A stretch of DNA of 63,792 bases, filler included, from Basidioascus undulatus (Eukaryota), in NCBI GenBank assembly GCA_000826855.1. It is 7 parts of 7 records of this genome, joined end to end, with 100 filler letters (N's around TTAATTAATTAA, not from the genome) between each part and the next. Parts side by side here need not be neighbours in the genome. Positions count along the whole stretch, not along the records: positions 18,312 to 27,352 come from JTLS01001308.1; positions 27,453 to 36,471 come from JTLS01001309.1; positions 36,572 to 45,582 come from JTLS01001310.1; 4 more parts are not named here. One strand, 5' to 3'. Shown in pieces: positions 23,302-38,095 of this stretch. Within the stretch, counting starts at the first letter, position 1. The number at the start of each line of letters is the position of its first letter. The translations under genes and the position numbers were made by a program. The notes under the pieces were generated by a model, which was given only the letters and a program-made list of their open reading frames with translations, was not told where the DNA came from and searched no databases.

Positions 23302-23707
23302 CTAAACCACCTCCACCCACAGCTCCGCCTCGCTCCCGACGCCCGCCTGCGTGAGCGTCTCGTCGTCGTTGTCGAGCACGCGGCCGTTGAACGTCAGCCG
23401 CTGAGACTCGGGTGCGATCGCTCCATCCTCCCAGATCGCGCGCTTCACGTTGAGGACGGTCGTGCTGGGGAAGATGGGCAGCCAGAGGTCAACCGATGTC
23501 GTGCGGCGGATGCGGATCTGGAACTGCCCTGCGGAGGGGAGGCGAGGGGTAGGTCAGGTGGGAGAAGGGAAAAGGAAGGATTGAGCTCGTAAAGGGTGGT
23601 TATGTACCGCCTGAAGCGTCCTGCGAGGGAAAGAAAGGAAATATGAGCTGTGGGCGTTCAAGCAACGTCCAAGCAACAACACGCACCTTTGAGCTGCCAC
23701 ACCCCAT
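23302..23707 (-). CDS. 86-aa ubiquitin-fold protein with an N-terminal MGCGSSK acylation motif
   Basis: Exons 23707-23687, 23620-23608 and 23528-23302 total 261 nt with GT-AG introns. Protein: MGCGSSKDASGGQFQIRIRRTTSVDLWLPIFPSTTVLNVKRAIWEDGAIAPESQRLTFNGRVLDNDDETLTQAGVGSEAELWVEVV. Confidence 0.8.
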
Positions 23708-24933
23708 CTTCGCAAAAGCTATTTGTCCTCTTCCAGCAGTAAAGAGTGTCCTGGGTATATGCGTTCGCAGTATCCTCTGCGGAGTGCGTGGTACAAAGGA
23801 AAAAGGCGAGAGAATCAAGCAACGCGTATGGGCGCCGACGACGACGCTTGGATCGCCGCTTTCCAGATGGCGTCACGACGGCGGAGCGGGAGGGCACATT
23901 TGGCCTCGAGGGGGCGTACGAACATGCCACGAGGAGCTTGCTGTCTATAAGCAAGGTTTCGGGCTCGAAAATGGGCAACTGAATCGCGAATATAGTAGAT
24001 ACTTGTGAGAGGAGAGCTCGCTGCCGATGCGCTGCTCCACGACGTTCACGTGCGCCGGAGAGGGTCTTGATGGATCGCCAAGCATGGGCAGGACGAGCTG
24101 CGCAGCTCATCCTTCTTTCTCCAGAACTTCAACCTCCAGCTCCAAGCAGCGCAGAGAGTCACCAACATGTCGCTGTTGCGCAGCCTCACCCGCCCAAAGG
24201 GCACAGCGCGTTCCAAGGCGAATTCTACGCCCAGCGGGAATTCCGATCGAGAGCGGGCGATCCGGGGGTTCGAGGTGCGTCCGCCTTTCGGGCAGTTGAA
24301 CTGCTGAGAGCCTGACAGAAGCGGACATTCGCTGTTGTAGTTGGTATTGGAGAACCCGGACGTGCCTGAGCGAGATAAGAAACGTGCGAAGAGGGAGCTG
24401 AGAAAGCTCAAGCTGGTGGGTCGTTTCCGGTTTCCCTTCATCATCAGGATTCTCAAGCTGGACGGCTGTGGTTCTACAGGGACAATCTCTAGATCCTACG
24501 CGGGCGTTGAAAGCGCTGTTCTCGTGATCATGGATGCTATGCAACGCAGCCCTGCGATTCAGTTCGGAGCAGCCCAGTGGCCGGTGTCAGTATACCAGGC
24601 TCCCATCGCCAGTAGCAGACGATCCACCACTCTCCGAGATACCTAATGCTACAATTCACTTCGACGTAGTTTCCATGCCTTGTTTCCCTTCAACAAAGCG
24701 CAGATTCCTGGAAGGACTGCCAAACTGTGTAAACTGTGTGCGTAACCGCGGACCTTGCGCGGGTCTTCGCCCGGAGCGAAGAAGGCCCGAAGGCCCGCGC
24801 CCGCCAGACTCCAACAGCCGCTTCCCGCCTCCCTTCCCTCCTCTCTTATCACTTCTCCATCCCTACCTACGTACCCACACCCACACACTCGCTCACCCTA
24901 CCTTCTCCCCCATCCACTCTACCCACCCCCAAC

Positions 24934-26023
24934 ATGAACTTTACCTCTTTCCTCGTCCCATCCTCGCTCCTCTCGCTGTCCTCGATCCGCTCCGTGCTGA
25001 TCCGCCTCGAGGACACGATCATCTTCAGCCTCATCGAGCGCGCGCAGTTTGCCGCCAACGCGCGCATCTATGAGTGCGGGGCATTCAGGGAGGACCTGAA
25101 GGGGTGGGAGGGCAGCTGGCTAGACTGGTTTCTGAAGGAGACGGAGTCGTTCCACGGTGCGTGCCTACTTCCTCCTTGCTTCCTACACTTTGTGCTAAAA
25201 GAGAGCGTGCATCGACCCCCAGCCAAAGCGCGCCGCTACCAATCCCCGGACGAGTACCCCTTCACCCCTCTCTCCGAGCTCCCCGCGCCGGTCCTCCCGG
25301 CGCTGAGCTACCCGCCGCTCCTCCACGGCGCGAGCATCACCAACGTGAACGACAAGATTCTCGCGTTCTACATCCACGACATCGTCCCCGCCATTACTGC
25401 GCAGAACGCCGCCGCGGGCGCGGACGACGGCAACTACGGGAGCGCCGCGACAAGGGATGTTGAGGCGCTACAGGCGATTTCGAGGAGGATACACTATGGT
25501 GCGTGTGGGCTCTCCCTTTTCCTCCCCTCCCCCGTTTTCGATGAACACACTGGTCTAACAGCCTCGGGATGGGCGGCACCAGGCATGTTCGTATCCGAAT
25601 CCAAGTTCCTCGAGTCCCCCTCCTCCTTCATCCCGCACATCCTCTCCCCTAACCCTACCGCGCTCGAGGACCTCATCACCAAGCCGGCAGTCGAGGCCGC
25701 GCTGCTCGTGCGCCTCGAGAAGAAGGCGCGGCTGTACGGGCAGGACTTCGAGGCCGCTGCCGCCCCCTCTTGCGCCCCCAATGGGAAGGAAAAGGTGGAC
25801 GCGGAGACGGTCGTGCGGATGTACAGGGACTACGTTATTCCGCTTACGAAGGTGGTTGAGGTGCGTTGTGCGGACGCGGTGCTGGGTTGATGGTTGTCTG
25901 GGATATAGAAGAACTGACGCGGAGATTGGGTGGGGTGGGATGCGGGAACAGGTTGAGTACTTGTTGAAGCGCCTGGACGGCCTGAGCGAGGCGGAGATCG
26001 AGGAGCTGCAGCGCAGGGGTTAG
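24934..26023 (+). CDS. ARO7: Chorismate mutase (AroQ eukaryotic type)
   Basis: [84 protein letters not shown]. Introns 25157-25222, 25499-25582 and one starting at 25861. Confidence 0.96.
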
Positions 26024-26202
26024 GCGGGGGGACGCGCGGGATGCGTCCTCAGCTGAGATTATAGAACTATGTCGACCCGTAATGAACGGATATCTATTCC
26101 TGCGCAGATGCATAGCGAGGTGGCAGAGGGTATCAGGATGGGTATCGGTTGCGACAGGCTAGGCTACGACAACAAGCAGGACGATGTAGATCGTGGATGG
26201 TG

Positions 26203-27352
26203 TTAGGATGGTACAGGCACATTCAACCGATAATACGCGACGCCCTGTCCGCCGTCATATCAGCCGCGGCGCTGAGAGGAAGAAGACATAACGCGGCTCA
26301 CCCCCTCATTCGTCTTGGCGACCACCTTCTTCTGCACGAGAGCGATCAAGCACTTGTTCACGCGCGCCTGGGGCAGGTCCGGCATCTTTACGAGGTCTGG
26401 CACGCGCGCGCCCGCGGGCGGCGTGCTTGGGCTCTTGGAGAGCCGGATGAGTCCGTGCAGGACTTGGGACATCGCTGTGCGAAGGGCCTAGGTGGCGGGA
26501 CAGGGAATAAGAGGATGAGTGGAGGAGGCGAGGGTGAGGGGACGTACAGGCTGGGACCCCCGGTACTCGAGTGGGAGGGTGTCGATGATCCCTTCCACGA
26601 ACGTCTATCCTCCCACGCAGCTTGAGCGACCACCTCCCCACGCGGAAACAGCACCGACCAACGCACCTCCCGCTTCTTCTTCAGCGCCGGGTTGATCTTC
26701 CCCTTTGGCCTCGGCTTCGCGCCCGCGGCCGCTTTAGGCGCCGCCTTGGGCGTCTCCTCCTCGCCGAGGATGGTGTCGTTCTGCGTGCGGTACGTCATGT
26801 CACCCGCCGCGGTGGAGGGCGCGAGGGTCTGCTCAGAGGCCGAGGGCGGCGGGGGCGAGGCGGGAGGAAGAGGGACGAGACGGGTAGCGGCGGCGGCTGC
26901 TGCGGCTGGGGAGAGGGCAAGGGGTAAGAGGACGGGAAGGCAAGAGGGAGGGGAGGGAAGGGGAGATGGCGGACCGGCGAGCTCTTCCATCCTGTCGAAA
27001 CTTTGTTGGGTGGGCGCCTACCCTCTCACATGACGTCAGTATCTTTCGAAGGCAATAGAAGAACGACGAAGAGAAAGGGTGCACGCCACGCACCTCCGGC
27101 CACTCCACACAATAAGCATTCAGCCTCAGCCCCCAAACGAGCTCGGCAAAGCCTTCGTTGAACGTCCCCAGCGCCGTGTCGAGCTCGGCCATGGCATGCA
27201 CGTTGCTGTGGAGGGAGGCGAGCTCGTCCGCAAGGTCTGCGAGCAAGGGAGAGAGGTGCTCAAGTGGGGAGGGGGAGGTGCGATGTGAGCCGGCGGGGTG
27301 GGAGGAGGCGGAGGCGGAGAGGGAGAGCGAAGAGAGCGAGGAGCGTGGAAGG
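26203..27352 (-). CDS. DAM1: DASH/Dam1 complex subunit Dam1, 5' truncated
   Basis: LADLADELASLHSNVHAMAELDTALGTFNEGFAELVWGLRLNAYCVEWPE is the Dam1 core. C-terminal LPQARVNKCLIALVQKKVV. Confidence 0.85.
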
Positions 27353-27452
27353 NNNNNNNNNNNNNNNNNNNNNNNNNNNNNNNNNNNNNNNNNNNNTTAA
27401 TTAATTAANNNNNNNNNNNNNNNNNNNNNNNNNNNNNNNNNNNNNNNNNNNN
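27353..27452. other. Artificial contig linker
   Basis: N44-TTAATTAATTAA-N44. Confidence 0.97.
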
Positions 27453-28311
27453 CCTGCGCACGATGATCCTCTCCGAGCGCTCCGCGGCCGCGCGCGAGGA
27501 GGCGCGCAACGCGATCGAGGGCCACCTCTACCGCCTCCGCGACGTCGTTGAGGACGCTGTCGGGTTCGGCGCGTTCCACAACCACTCCGCCCCTGGCGAG
27601 ATCGACGCGCTCAAGGCGCGCCTCTTGGAGACGCTCGAATGGGTCGGCGAGCACGGCGACGGCGCGGGTACGGAGGAGATTGTGAAGCGGCACAAGGCCG
27701 TCATGTGCGTTTGCGTTCTCTGGCCGAACTTCAAACTTTGCTATGCTGACTCGTTGGGGTGGTGGGAAAACAGCGAGCTTGAGCAGCCGATCAAGGACCG
27801 CCTGGCGGAGACGAAGGCCCGTACCGAGGCGCTGTCGGACCTGCAGAAGGCGCTCTTCGCGGGGCGGCAGTTCGTGCACCAAGCGCGGCAGAACCTGACG
27901 GCGGGGACCGAGGAGCGGTACACGTTCCCGGAGATCGACGAGGTCGAGCGCGTGCTCTTCGAGACGGAGAACTGGCTCCGCCCGCTCATGCGCCTCCAGG
28001 AGGCGCGCGCGCCGCACGAGGAGCCCGCGTACCGCGCGGTCGAGGCGGACAAGAAGGGCAAGACCCTCCAGGACATGGTATTCAAGCTCACGAAGCGCAA
28101 GATCGCGCCGAAGGAGAAGAAGGAGGAGGAGCGCGAGATGGCGGAGCGGCGGAAGAAGGAGAGGGAGGCGAAGGAGAGGGAGAGGAAAGGCGAGAAGGCT
28201 ACGGAGCCCGCCACGGAGCCCACGCCGGCGAAGGAGGAGGAGGACAAGATGACCACTTCCGACGTCCCCCCGTCCAAGGAGACGCCCTCAACTGAGCACG
28301 ACGAGCTCTGA
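27453..28311 (+). CDS. LHS1: ER Hsp70-family chaperone Lhs1/Grp170, C-terminal part
   Basis: REEARNAIEGHLYRLRD, RLLETLEWVGEHGDGA, one intron at 27705-27773, and a C-terminal HDEL. Confidence 0.88.
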
Positions 28312-29068
28312 TCCTCTTCCCTTCCTGGCTCTCTCCCTTCCTCATCTCAATCCTCAACCGCATCTACCCCACCTCGCCGACGTCGCATTATACCTCTCCC
28401 CTCCTCCTCCCGATCTCTCCGCCTCCGTCTCTTCGTCTGTTCCCATTTCTTTGTTTTATTTCTCTTTTTTACATCGTGCAACAAAACAGCCTCGCATGTA
28501 GAATCACCGCTTCGCATCCGCCCCCCACGCATCCGCTCGCACTTCGTCTCGTCGTCGTCTCGGTTGGTTGGTTGGTCGGTAGGAGTCGTTGGGAACTGGG
28601 CATTGGGAAGGGAAGCGCAGTGGAATAAAACAAAATTGGTATAGTGATGCACGCTGGGCTCGAGCTCGGTAAGGTCCGGGCCTTTAGTGGGTAACTGGCT
28701 GCCTGGCGATCAGCCGGCGTCCGTCCGGCCTTTGGCGTGGGATGTTTTCAGCGAGAGGAAGCTGATGGTGACCTCACCCGCTGGAGATGTGCATGGCTGA
28801 GCGCCTTGAGCTACTCTAAAGACCGTTTTTTAAGGCAGCCCCAGCCACTGGGCATGAAAATTCATCTAGGCACTCGTTCATCTTCCCCTTGCGGCACTCG
28901 CGTCTTTTGAATTCGGATATAAGCAACTTTCTAGAGGCGGTGACTAGCTCGGAAACAGAAAGTCATTGAAAAAGCATTACCTCGTCTGACGGATGGATTT
29001 AACCGTGGCTACCGGTGAGTAGCACGCCCCACTCTCGTGACCATCTTGTCTTTCTCCATACAATAACT

Positions 29069-30041
29069 ATGGAAACCTCGCCGCACTCGGCGCTCAAATC
29101 CTATGTGCAGGGCAGTACTCTACAATGTTTACTCCTCCCGTCCTCAGTGGCTTCGCTCCTTGGAACATTCGGGTCAAGCAGTCAAACTACAGCATCGGTA
29201 GCCACTACCGTCTTCGAAACCCTTTCGCTCAAGGACGAGCGCCGCCCACGACCTGCGCTTTTTCCATGGATCTCTTCCAATCAGTTCAGTCTACCCCTAG
29301 GCAGGCCTCTCGGACGCGGCAAGGAGTGTTATAGCCAAGTCTACGAGGTGGAAAACGACAATATGCTGGGCCGCACGGGCGCAGTCATCAAGATCTACGA
29401 CCAGGAGCTGTTTCCCCCCAATATGAGTATATGCACGCCAGAGGCGGAGCTTACGAGCTGGTCAAGGTGCGTTTCTCCTTCTCATCCTCTTCCGCAGGTT
29501 TACCTCGTACGGTACCCGGGAGGTGTTTGCTATACTTCTCGAGCAGATCGATGGTGTCAAAGCCGATGAGTTTCTTCCGAGACTGGACTGGAGGGCGCCG
29601 CCGCATCCGCTCGCCCCATCATTCGTGAGTCTCAACCCTCACCTGATCTGGTGGCGCATCCATGGCCTGATACGTTACTTAGGAAGTCCTCCCGGTATAC
29701 CCTAGCCGTGTTCGACGTCCTGCTCCAAAATCCACTGTCACGGTGTCCTACATGGCCAAGGGCAGCCCTGGGACATACTCGTTTGCCGCAAGCCCGGCAC
29801 GCCGAGCGCCGACGCTGATGTGCGCGAGGTCAATGACGACTATCTCGAAGGCGTTGAAATCATCCTCATCGACTTCGGCTTTTCGCGCCTGCTAGACGAC
29901 GCAGAGTTACCGCCGCCCGTTCCGGTTGCGCACCGCACTGTCAAGCAGCTGGAAGTGCTGGAGGCTTCCAGCCGGAACGTGGGTGGGACCACCGAGCGGG
30001 GCGGGGTGATTGTAGACGAGATTTCCCTTGGAATGGCTTGA
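29069..30041 (+). pseudogene. Protein-kinase-like relic
   Basis: LGRGKECYSQVYEV...AVIKIYD, FAILLEQIDG and IILIDFGFSR are present. No intact catalytic loop could be assembled between them. Confidence 0.55.
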
Positions 30042-30460
30042 CGAGCGAGTATTTTGGCAGCAACGAGGCGGCGCTCCAGCTGTGGTACAAAGGCTGAGCT
30101 GTATGAATACATTCTCGAGACGCTTGAGCGTCTTTGTTGTTTGACGGAAGTTTCAATGTAACTAGAAAAATGTACGTCCGTTCACGGAACGAGGAAGGAG
30201 TGCAAGTGGATAAGGACAGAAAAGATGATCGGCGGTACGGTCAAGACCGGAGAAAGAGACTGTTGCCTCTCGGTCGGAGTCTCAGTCTTACCTCTTAACC
30301 ATCAATTGCTTCGAGGTGCGGACATGCATAAGTCACAAATTCGTTAAGACCACGTCGAGCGGCCGAGAACTATTGTATGAGCCGAAACAAATAAAGAGGA
30401 TTTGAACATTAACAAAACATAAGCATCGTTGCGGAGCGTGAAAGTGGATCGTTATAGCCG

Positions 30461-32831
30461 TCAAGAGCGGGCGTAGCGAGGCTTGAGGACGACGGGGAGA
30501 GCGCCCTTGGTCGCGCTATTTTGAACGAAGCGAATCATAAGCATTGAAGATCTAGACCCTGAGAAAAAAGAGGGAGATGTACGAGAACTGGTCCTTGATG
30601 GTGTTTTCGAAAGCGAGCGGGTCCCAGTCGCGCACGGGCTCGACGTCGAAGCGAGCGAGGATGGTGGCGAGCGCGATGCGCATCTCGTTGAGCGCGAAGG
30701 GGCGGCCGGCACAAGCGTAAGAACCTAAAAGGAAGGGAATTCTTTGGTCTGGTGCAACCTAGGCTGGAAGGAGGATACGGACCTTTGCTGAAGGGGAAGA
30801 ATGCGCTGCGGTCGCAGGTGCCGTCGAGCCACCGCGAGGGTCGGAAGGAGTCAGCGCTGTCGAAGAGGGGATGTGTTAGCAAAGTAGGTCGGAGCGGTAT
30901 CCTGTAAGGGTGTAGGAACGTACTCTTTGCCAAAGTACCGAGGGTCCCGCTGAACAACGTAGGTCGGGATGTATACCGTTGTGCCCTCCGGGACGAACCT
31001 GCAGCCAAGCCCTTTCAGTGGCAGCCCTAGCCTTCGGGACTCAATATCATCGCTCACCGTCCAGCAACGACCGCCCCGCCCTTCCCCGGCATGCGCCCGA
31101 CCCCGCTCAGGCTCGCGGGGGCGAGCCGCAGCGCCTCATCGATGACGGCCTGCATGAGCGGCAGCCGTGCCAGGCCCGCGACGTCCGAAGGCGCGAGGGC
31201 AGCCGCGTCGAGCTCGGCTTGCAGCGCGCGGAGCACGGACGAGTGCTGGATTAGATGGTGGATGATTACGGAGAGGGTGAGCGAGGTCGAGTCGGAGCCG
31301 GCAATGATGATGAGGAGGGTGTCTGGAGAGGTGATGTCAGGCGGGGAGAAAGGGAGAAAGAGGCAGGCTGACCTGAGAGGAGAGCGAGGGCGTCCTTTGA
31401 GGCTGCCGAAGTGCCGTCAAGGTACTGTCCGTCGGTCCCATTGGTAAGTTTAAGTGTTCTTGCCGAAGCTCAATCACGGCCAACGCACAATGTGGGAGAA
31501 GATGTCTTGCGCAGCAGCGCCGGCCTGGATGCGCTCCTCGAGCTTCGCAGTCACGTAGCGGAAGAAGCCCGTCTGGGTCGAGGTTTGAGGAAGAGCGCGC
31601 TGCAGCGGGGTAAGCCAGTGGAGGAATCCGCGAGCGTTGGCTGTAAGGCAACGGGGAACGTTGGGCGTCAGTTCCGCGGACAGGGAAAACGGTCAGGAAA
31701 CTCGTCGGCCACGTACCGACAGTCATCGCCAAGTTGAGCTTCTTAATGAGGTCCCCTGAGTCATCAGTAGCCTATGGAATAAGGCAAATGTCAGATGGCG
31801 TCTGTGATAGCTCGAGCAGCGCGGCGTACCATGAGCTCGAAAGACCCTACGCCGAAGGCCTGGTCGCCCATGACATCGACGGAGAAGTGGCTCAGCAGAC
31901 GCTGTAAAGCCCCACCGACTGTTCAGTTTGCTACTCCCTCCTGCTCTCAAAGACGGAACAACGCACAGAAATGTTCACTTGGCCGTCCTGCTCCTGCTTC
32001 TCCTCAAGCAGCTCGGCCAGCTGCAGCGCACGCTGCACCTTGCCGGGAACGTACGACGCGAGGGCGGCCGGAGTAAACGCTGCGTTTCGTTGGAGAGGAA
32101 TAAGCTGTAGCTCTGGAATGCGGTGCTGCGACAGTCAAGCGCACCTTTGATCCAGTCTTTCCGACGCGCATCGTGCTCGTCCTTGAACCGCGTCGTAAGG
32201 AGCGAACCGCCCGAACCGTCACCGCGCTTGCTGAGTGTGCCTGTGCCATCCACCCATCCGGATCAGCTGAATTCCCAATATCAAGGTGGAAACAGGCCAG
32301 ACATACCGTCATACCACGCGCCCTTGTGGAAACCCGCGCCGTGCACGGTGGACAGTGCGTCGGCGTGGCGGATGGAAAGCTCGTTAGGTCCTGCGAAGGT
32401 CGGAAGCAAGTCAGACTCGGGGAAGGAAGGGAGTTATAGGGGAGGACGAACCGATTCGAACAAAGTCGCCGTACTGCTGATGAAGCTTCTGGAGTACGAG
32501 ATGCGTGTCGCCCTTGAAGGCGTGGTACGACCGCCAAGCCATGCTGAGCTTGCATTGCGTCGGACCCGGCTGTATATCCCACTCGTACATTTAGCCTGAG
32601 TCATTCCGAAATCAAGATAGTGGGGCGTACGAATTTCGCGAGCGGGTGGGCGGGGGAGAGGCGATAGGCGGCGATGGAGAAAGCCAAGGTGAGGAGGACG
32701 ACGAGTGGGCGGATGGGCAGGGCGGTGATTACAGCCAAAAGGAGGAAGGAAGCCTGTGCGAGTGTTGGTTCGTAGCGGTTGAAGAGCGCGTGGAGGGCGA
32801 GTCCGAGAGCGAGCGAGGGGAAGAGCGCCAT
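30461..32831 (-). CDS. Cytochrome P450 monooxygenase, multi-exon
   Basis: TM anchor, YRLSPAHPLAKF/PGP, LHQQYGDFVRIG/PNELS, I-helix IIAGSDST, EALR, FRPSRW, and haem motif FSKG/SYACAG. Confidence 0.93.
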
Positions 32832-34061
32832 CGTGGTAGTGGTGAGTGTCGGTGGGAGGTGGAGGGAAGTGTGCCTGGGAGGAACAAGCGTCAGGGCATG
32901 CCTTTAATCGCTTATAGCGTTCGCAAATGGACCAAGGACCCAAGAGAACTGACCACGAGCCGGGCATTGCGAGCAGCTGCGAAGAATGCCTCCGCGGCGC
33001 GCTCTCGTTTCAGACCCTCGCTTGAGTTCGGTGTCCAGTCCGAACCAGCTGTGCGTTCCAACGACTCCCATGGGTTTAAAATGTCATTTCCTGGTGTAAG
33101 GCAGGCGAAAGTTGCGGACGTCCTCAGTGTTGCTGGTTCCGTCGGAGGAGGTCGTGCGCAACAGCTTCGAACCGACTCAAGGTCGTCGCTCAAGACGTCA
33201 AAACGGCCACAAAGCGTTGCAGCCTTCCTTGGCACCCGTTATCGTTGACCCCCGAAGTTTTTTACGAGCGCCAATTCTGAACTGGACTGTCCGAGTGGAA
33301 GGTTGGAAGCCCAGGACGTTCGGGTTGTGCGGCCGCAGCTAGTGCAGCCTATGAGGGTAAAGCTCTATCTCGGAGCTTTCCTGCTTACTGTTCTTTGTAG
33401 CTGTAACACTTAATGGATATTGAAGCTCCCAATACCTTAGAATCCAAGACACTAACGTATTCAAAGATAGGGGAGTCGTCCGAAGCACTGAGAAAACTTT
33501 ACCCTTGGATTTCAAGCGGCATACATGCATAGAAGATCAAACTGGCTTCTGTGAGCTCCAAATGTTTCTTTTTCAAATCTTTTGGGCTTGTGGCGAGTCA
33601 AATAGACAGACTAAGGTTAGCGTGTCATGCAGAGTTGGCGCGTGTAGGCCCTGAAAAACTTATTGAAGGAGGGATTTTGATCTTATTAAACCCTCTGGGA
33701 TTCTAATGTGTACATGACACCTAAGAATCTCAGAAGCAAGGGTCCCGTCGGGGTTGACGGTCCGATTGGGAGCGGTTGCTCACCCTCCAACAGTCAAACT
33801 AGACGGCAGCCGCGTTCGACGTTCCATTAGTTGAGCCGCGCTGAACACACATCGAGATGCGAGAAGAGCGGAAGAGAGCCCGGAAGATCCCCTTTGTCCG
33901 ATACTCACTACATCAGGCCACATTTAAAAGCTTCATGGTCGTGAGCTGTGCCTGTCGTCAACGCATTGGTCGGGCAAACATTTTACTTCTCGTACCCACC
34001 CAGGCAACACCTGCGCCCTTTAGTTACATTGCATATGCATTGACTCATAGGCTCTCTTTAC

Positions 34062-36471
<2,410 letters not shown>

Positions 36472-36571
36472 NNNNNNNNNNNNNNNNNNNNNNNNNNNNN
36501 NNNNNNNNNNNNNNNTTAATTAATTAANNNNNNNNNNNNNNNNNNNNNNNNNNNNNNNNNNNNNNNNNNNN
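36472..36571. other. Artificial contig linker
   Basis: N44-TTAATTAATTAA-N44. Confidence 0.97.
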
Positions 36572-38095
36572 GACAACCAAGTCCGTCCTTCACCTCCGCA
36601 CTCCTCTCCTCCCCCTTCCGACATCCTCATCCTTCATCCTGCCTCCTTCGTCCTCCCTCCTTCGCCCTTCCCGCTTCGCCCTTCCACCTTCTCCCGTCTC
36701 CCTTTGCCTTCCACCCTTCCCCTCCTCCCTTCATCCATTTTCTCCGTACAGCTTGCAAGCTGCGGACGCTGACTTACCCTGCTGACTGGGACGGAACAGC
36801 CGACAACGAGCTCCACGACCGCCTCGTCAAGCCCCTCCCGCCGGGATGCCGCCTGACGGCGCTGTTCGACTCGTGCCACAGGTCCGTCCCGTCGCGCTCT
36901 TCGGTTTGGTCTGCCTTTCTACATGTGCGGGGGTTTACGGTGGGATTGATGGTTCCGCAGTGCGACCGCCCTCGACCTCCCGTACATATACGACACGAAG
37001 GGGAACATCAAAGGTGCGTCTCAAAAAATCAAACCCGCAATGGAAACGAAAGACAAGCAGTCTGACCCGTCCACTACCAACCCGGCTGCAGAGCCCAACC
37101 TCCTCGCCGAAGCCGGCTCCGGCATCCTCTCCGCGGGGATGTCGTACGCGCGCGGCGACGTCGGCGGTGCGCTCAAGGGCCTCTTCAACCTCGGCAAGAC
37201 GGCCATGAACGGCGGGAAGGCCGAGGAGATCACGAAGCAAACTAAGATGAGCCCGGCGGACGTGGTGTGTCGTCATGCCTTCCCTCCTCTCCCCATCCTC
37301 CCTGCCCGCGGCCTCCCGCCTTTCCTCCTCTCGCAACGGGGGACTGATTGTGGTTGGCTGCGTGCGCGGTGGGGCAGGTCATGTTCTCGGGGTGCAAAGA
37401 CAACCAGACGTCGGCGGACGCGGTGCGTTGAGCCTCTGGCAGCTGTGCAGCGCTGCGCTGACTGTCTGGGTCATTTTTGGAGCAGAGCATCGCCGCACAA
37501 GCGACGGGCGCAATGTCTTACGCTTTCATAGCTTCAATGAGTAAGTAAAAATCCGCGCTCGGACAGAAGGAGGATGACGCTGGAAGGTAGAAGGGTGATT
37601 TGACTGATGTGTTCCCGGTCGGGTGCGCAGGCAAGTACAGCAACCTCACGTACAACCAGCTCCTCAACGCCATTCGGGACGAGCTGGCGGGGAAGTACGA
37701 CCAGAGTGCGTCTTTCCACTCTTCCTTCAGTTTCCCCTTTGGACGGCGTGCTGACGCGAACGTGCTTTCCGCAGAGGCAAGCCTTCATCCGCTGCGGGGC
37801 TTTTTCGCTTCCTTTATCCTTGATTGTGGGATGGATAACGCTGACGTAGTTTTTTTCGTCCCGCTTGCAGCCTCAGCTGTCGGCTAGCCATCCGTAAGCC
37901 GCTTCGTTCCTCATTTCCTGCCCATTCAGCCGCATCGTTCGTGCTGTTCTCGCTGATCTTCTTTGGGTGGATCAACAGTATCGATACCAACCTCCTCTTC
38001 ATCGCTGTACGTCCCTCTCACCACGCTCTCTCACCTCATCTACCCTCGCCAGCCAAATCGAGTCCCTCACGTCATCTTCCCGCCACGAATAGTGA
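36572..38095 (+). CDS. MCA1: Type I metacaspase, C-terminal part
   Basis: LVKPLPPGCRLTALFDSCH/SATALDLPY (catalytic Cys), VMFSGCKDNQTSADA, ATGAMSYAF, YDQ-K-PQLSASHP-IDTNLLFIA. Confidence 0.95.

Noticed and set aside
23760..24650. Coding-like snippets (e.g. VLENPDVPERDKKRAKRELRKL) upstream of ARO7
   Set aside because: Could not be assembled into a gene or assigned to a family.
25157..27773. Stop-free 3n introns in ARO7 (66 and 84 nt) and LHS1 (69 nt) as regulated retention
   Set aside because: Expected by chance for short GC-rich introns, and there is no expression evidence.
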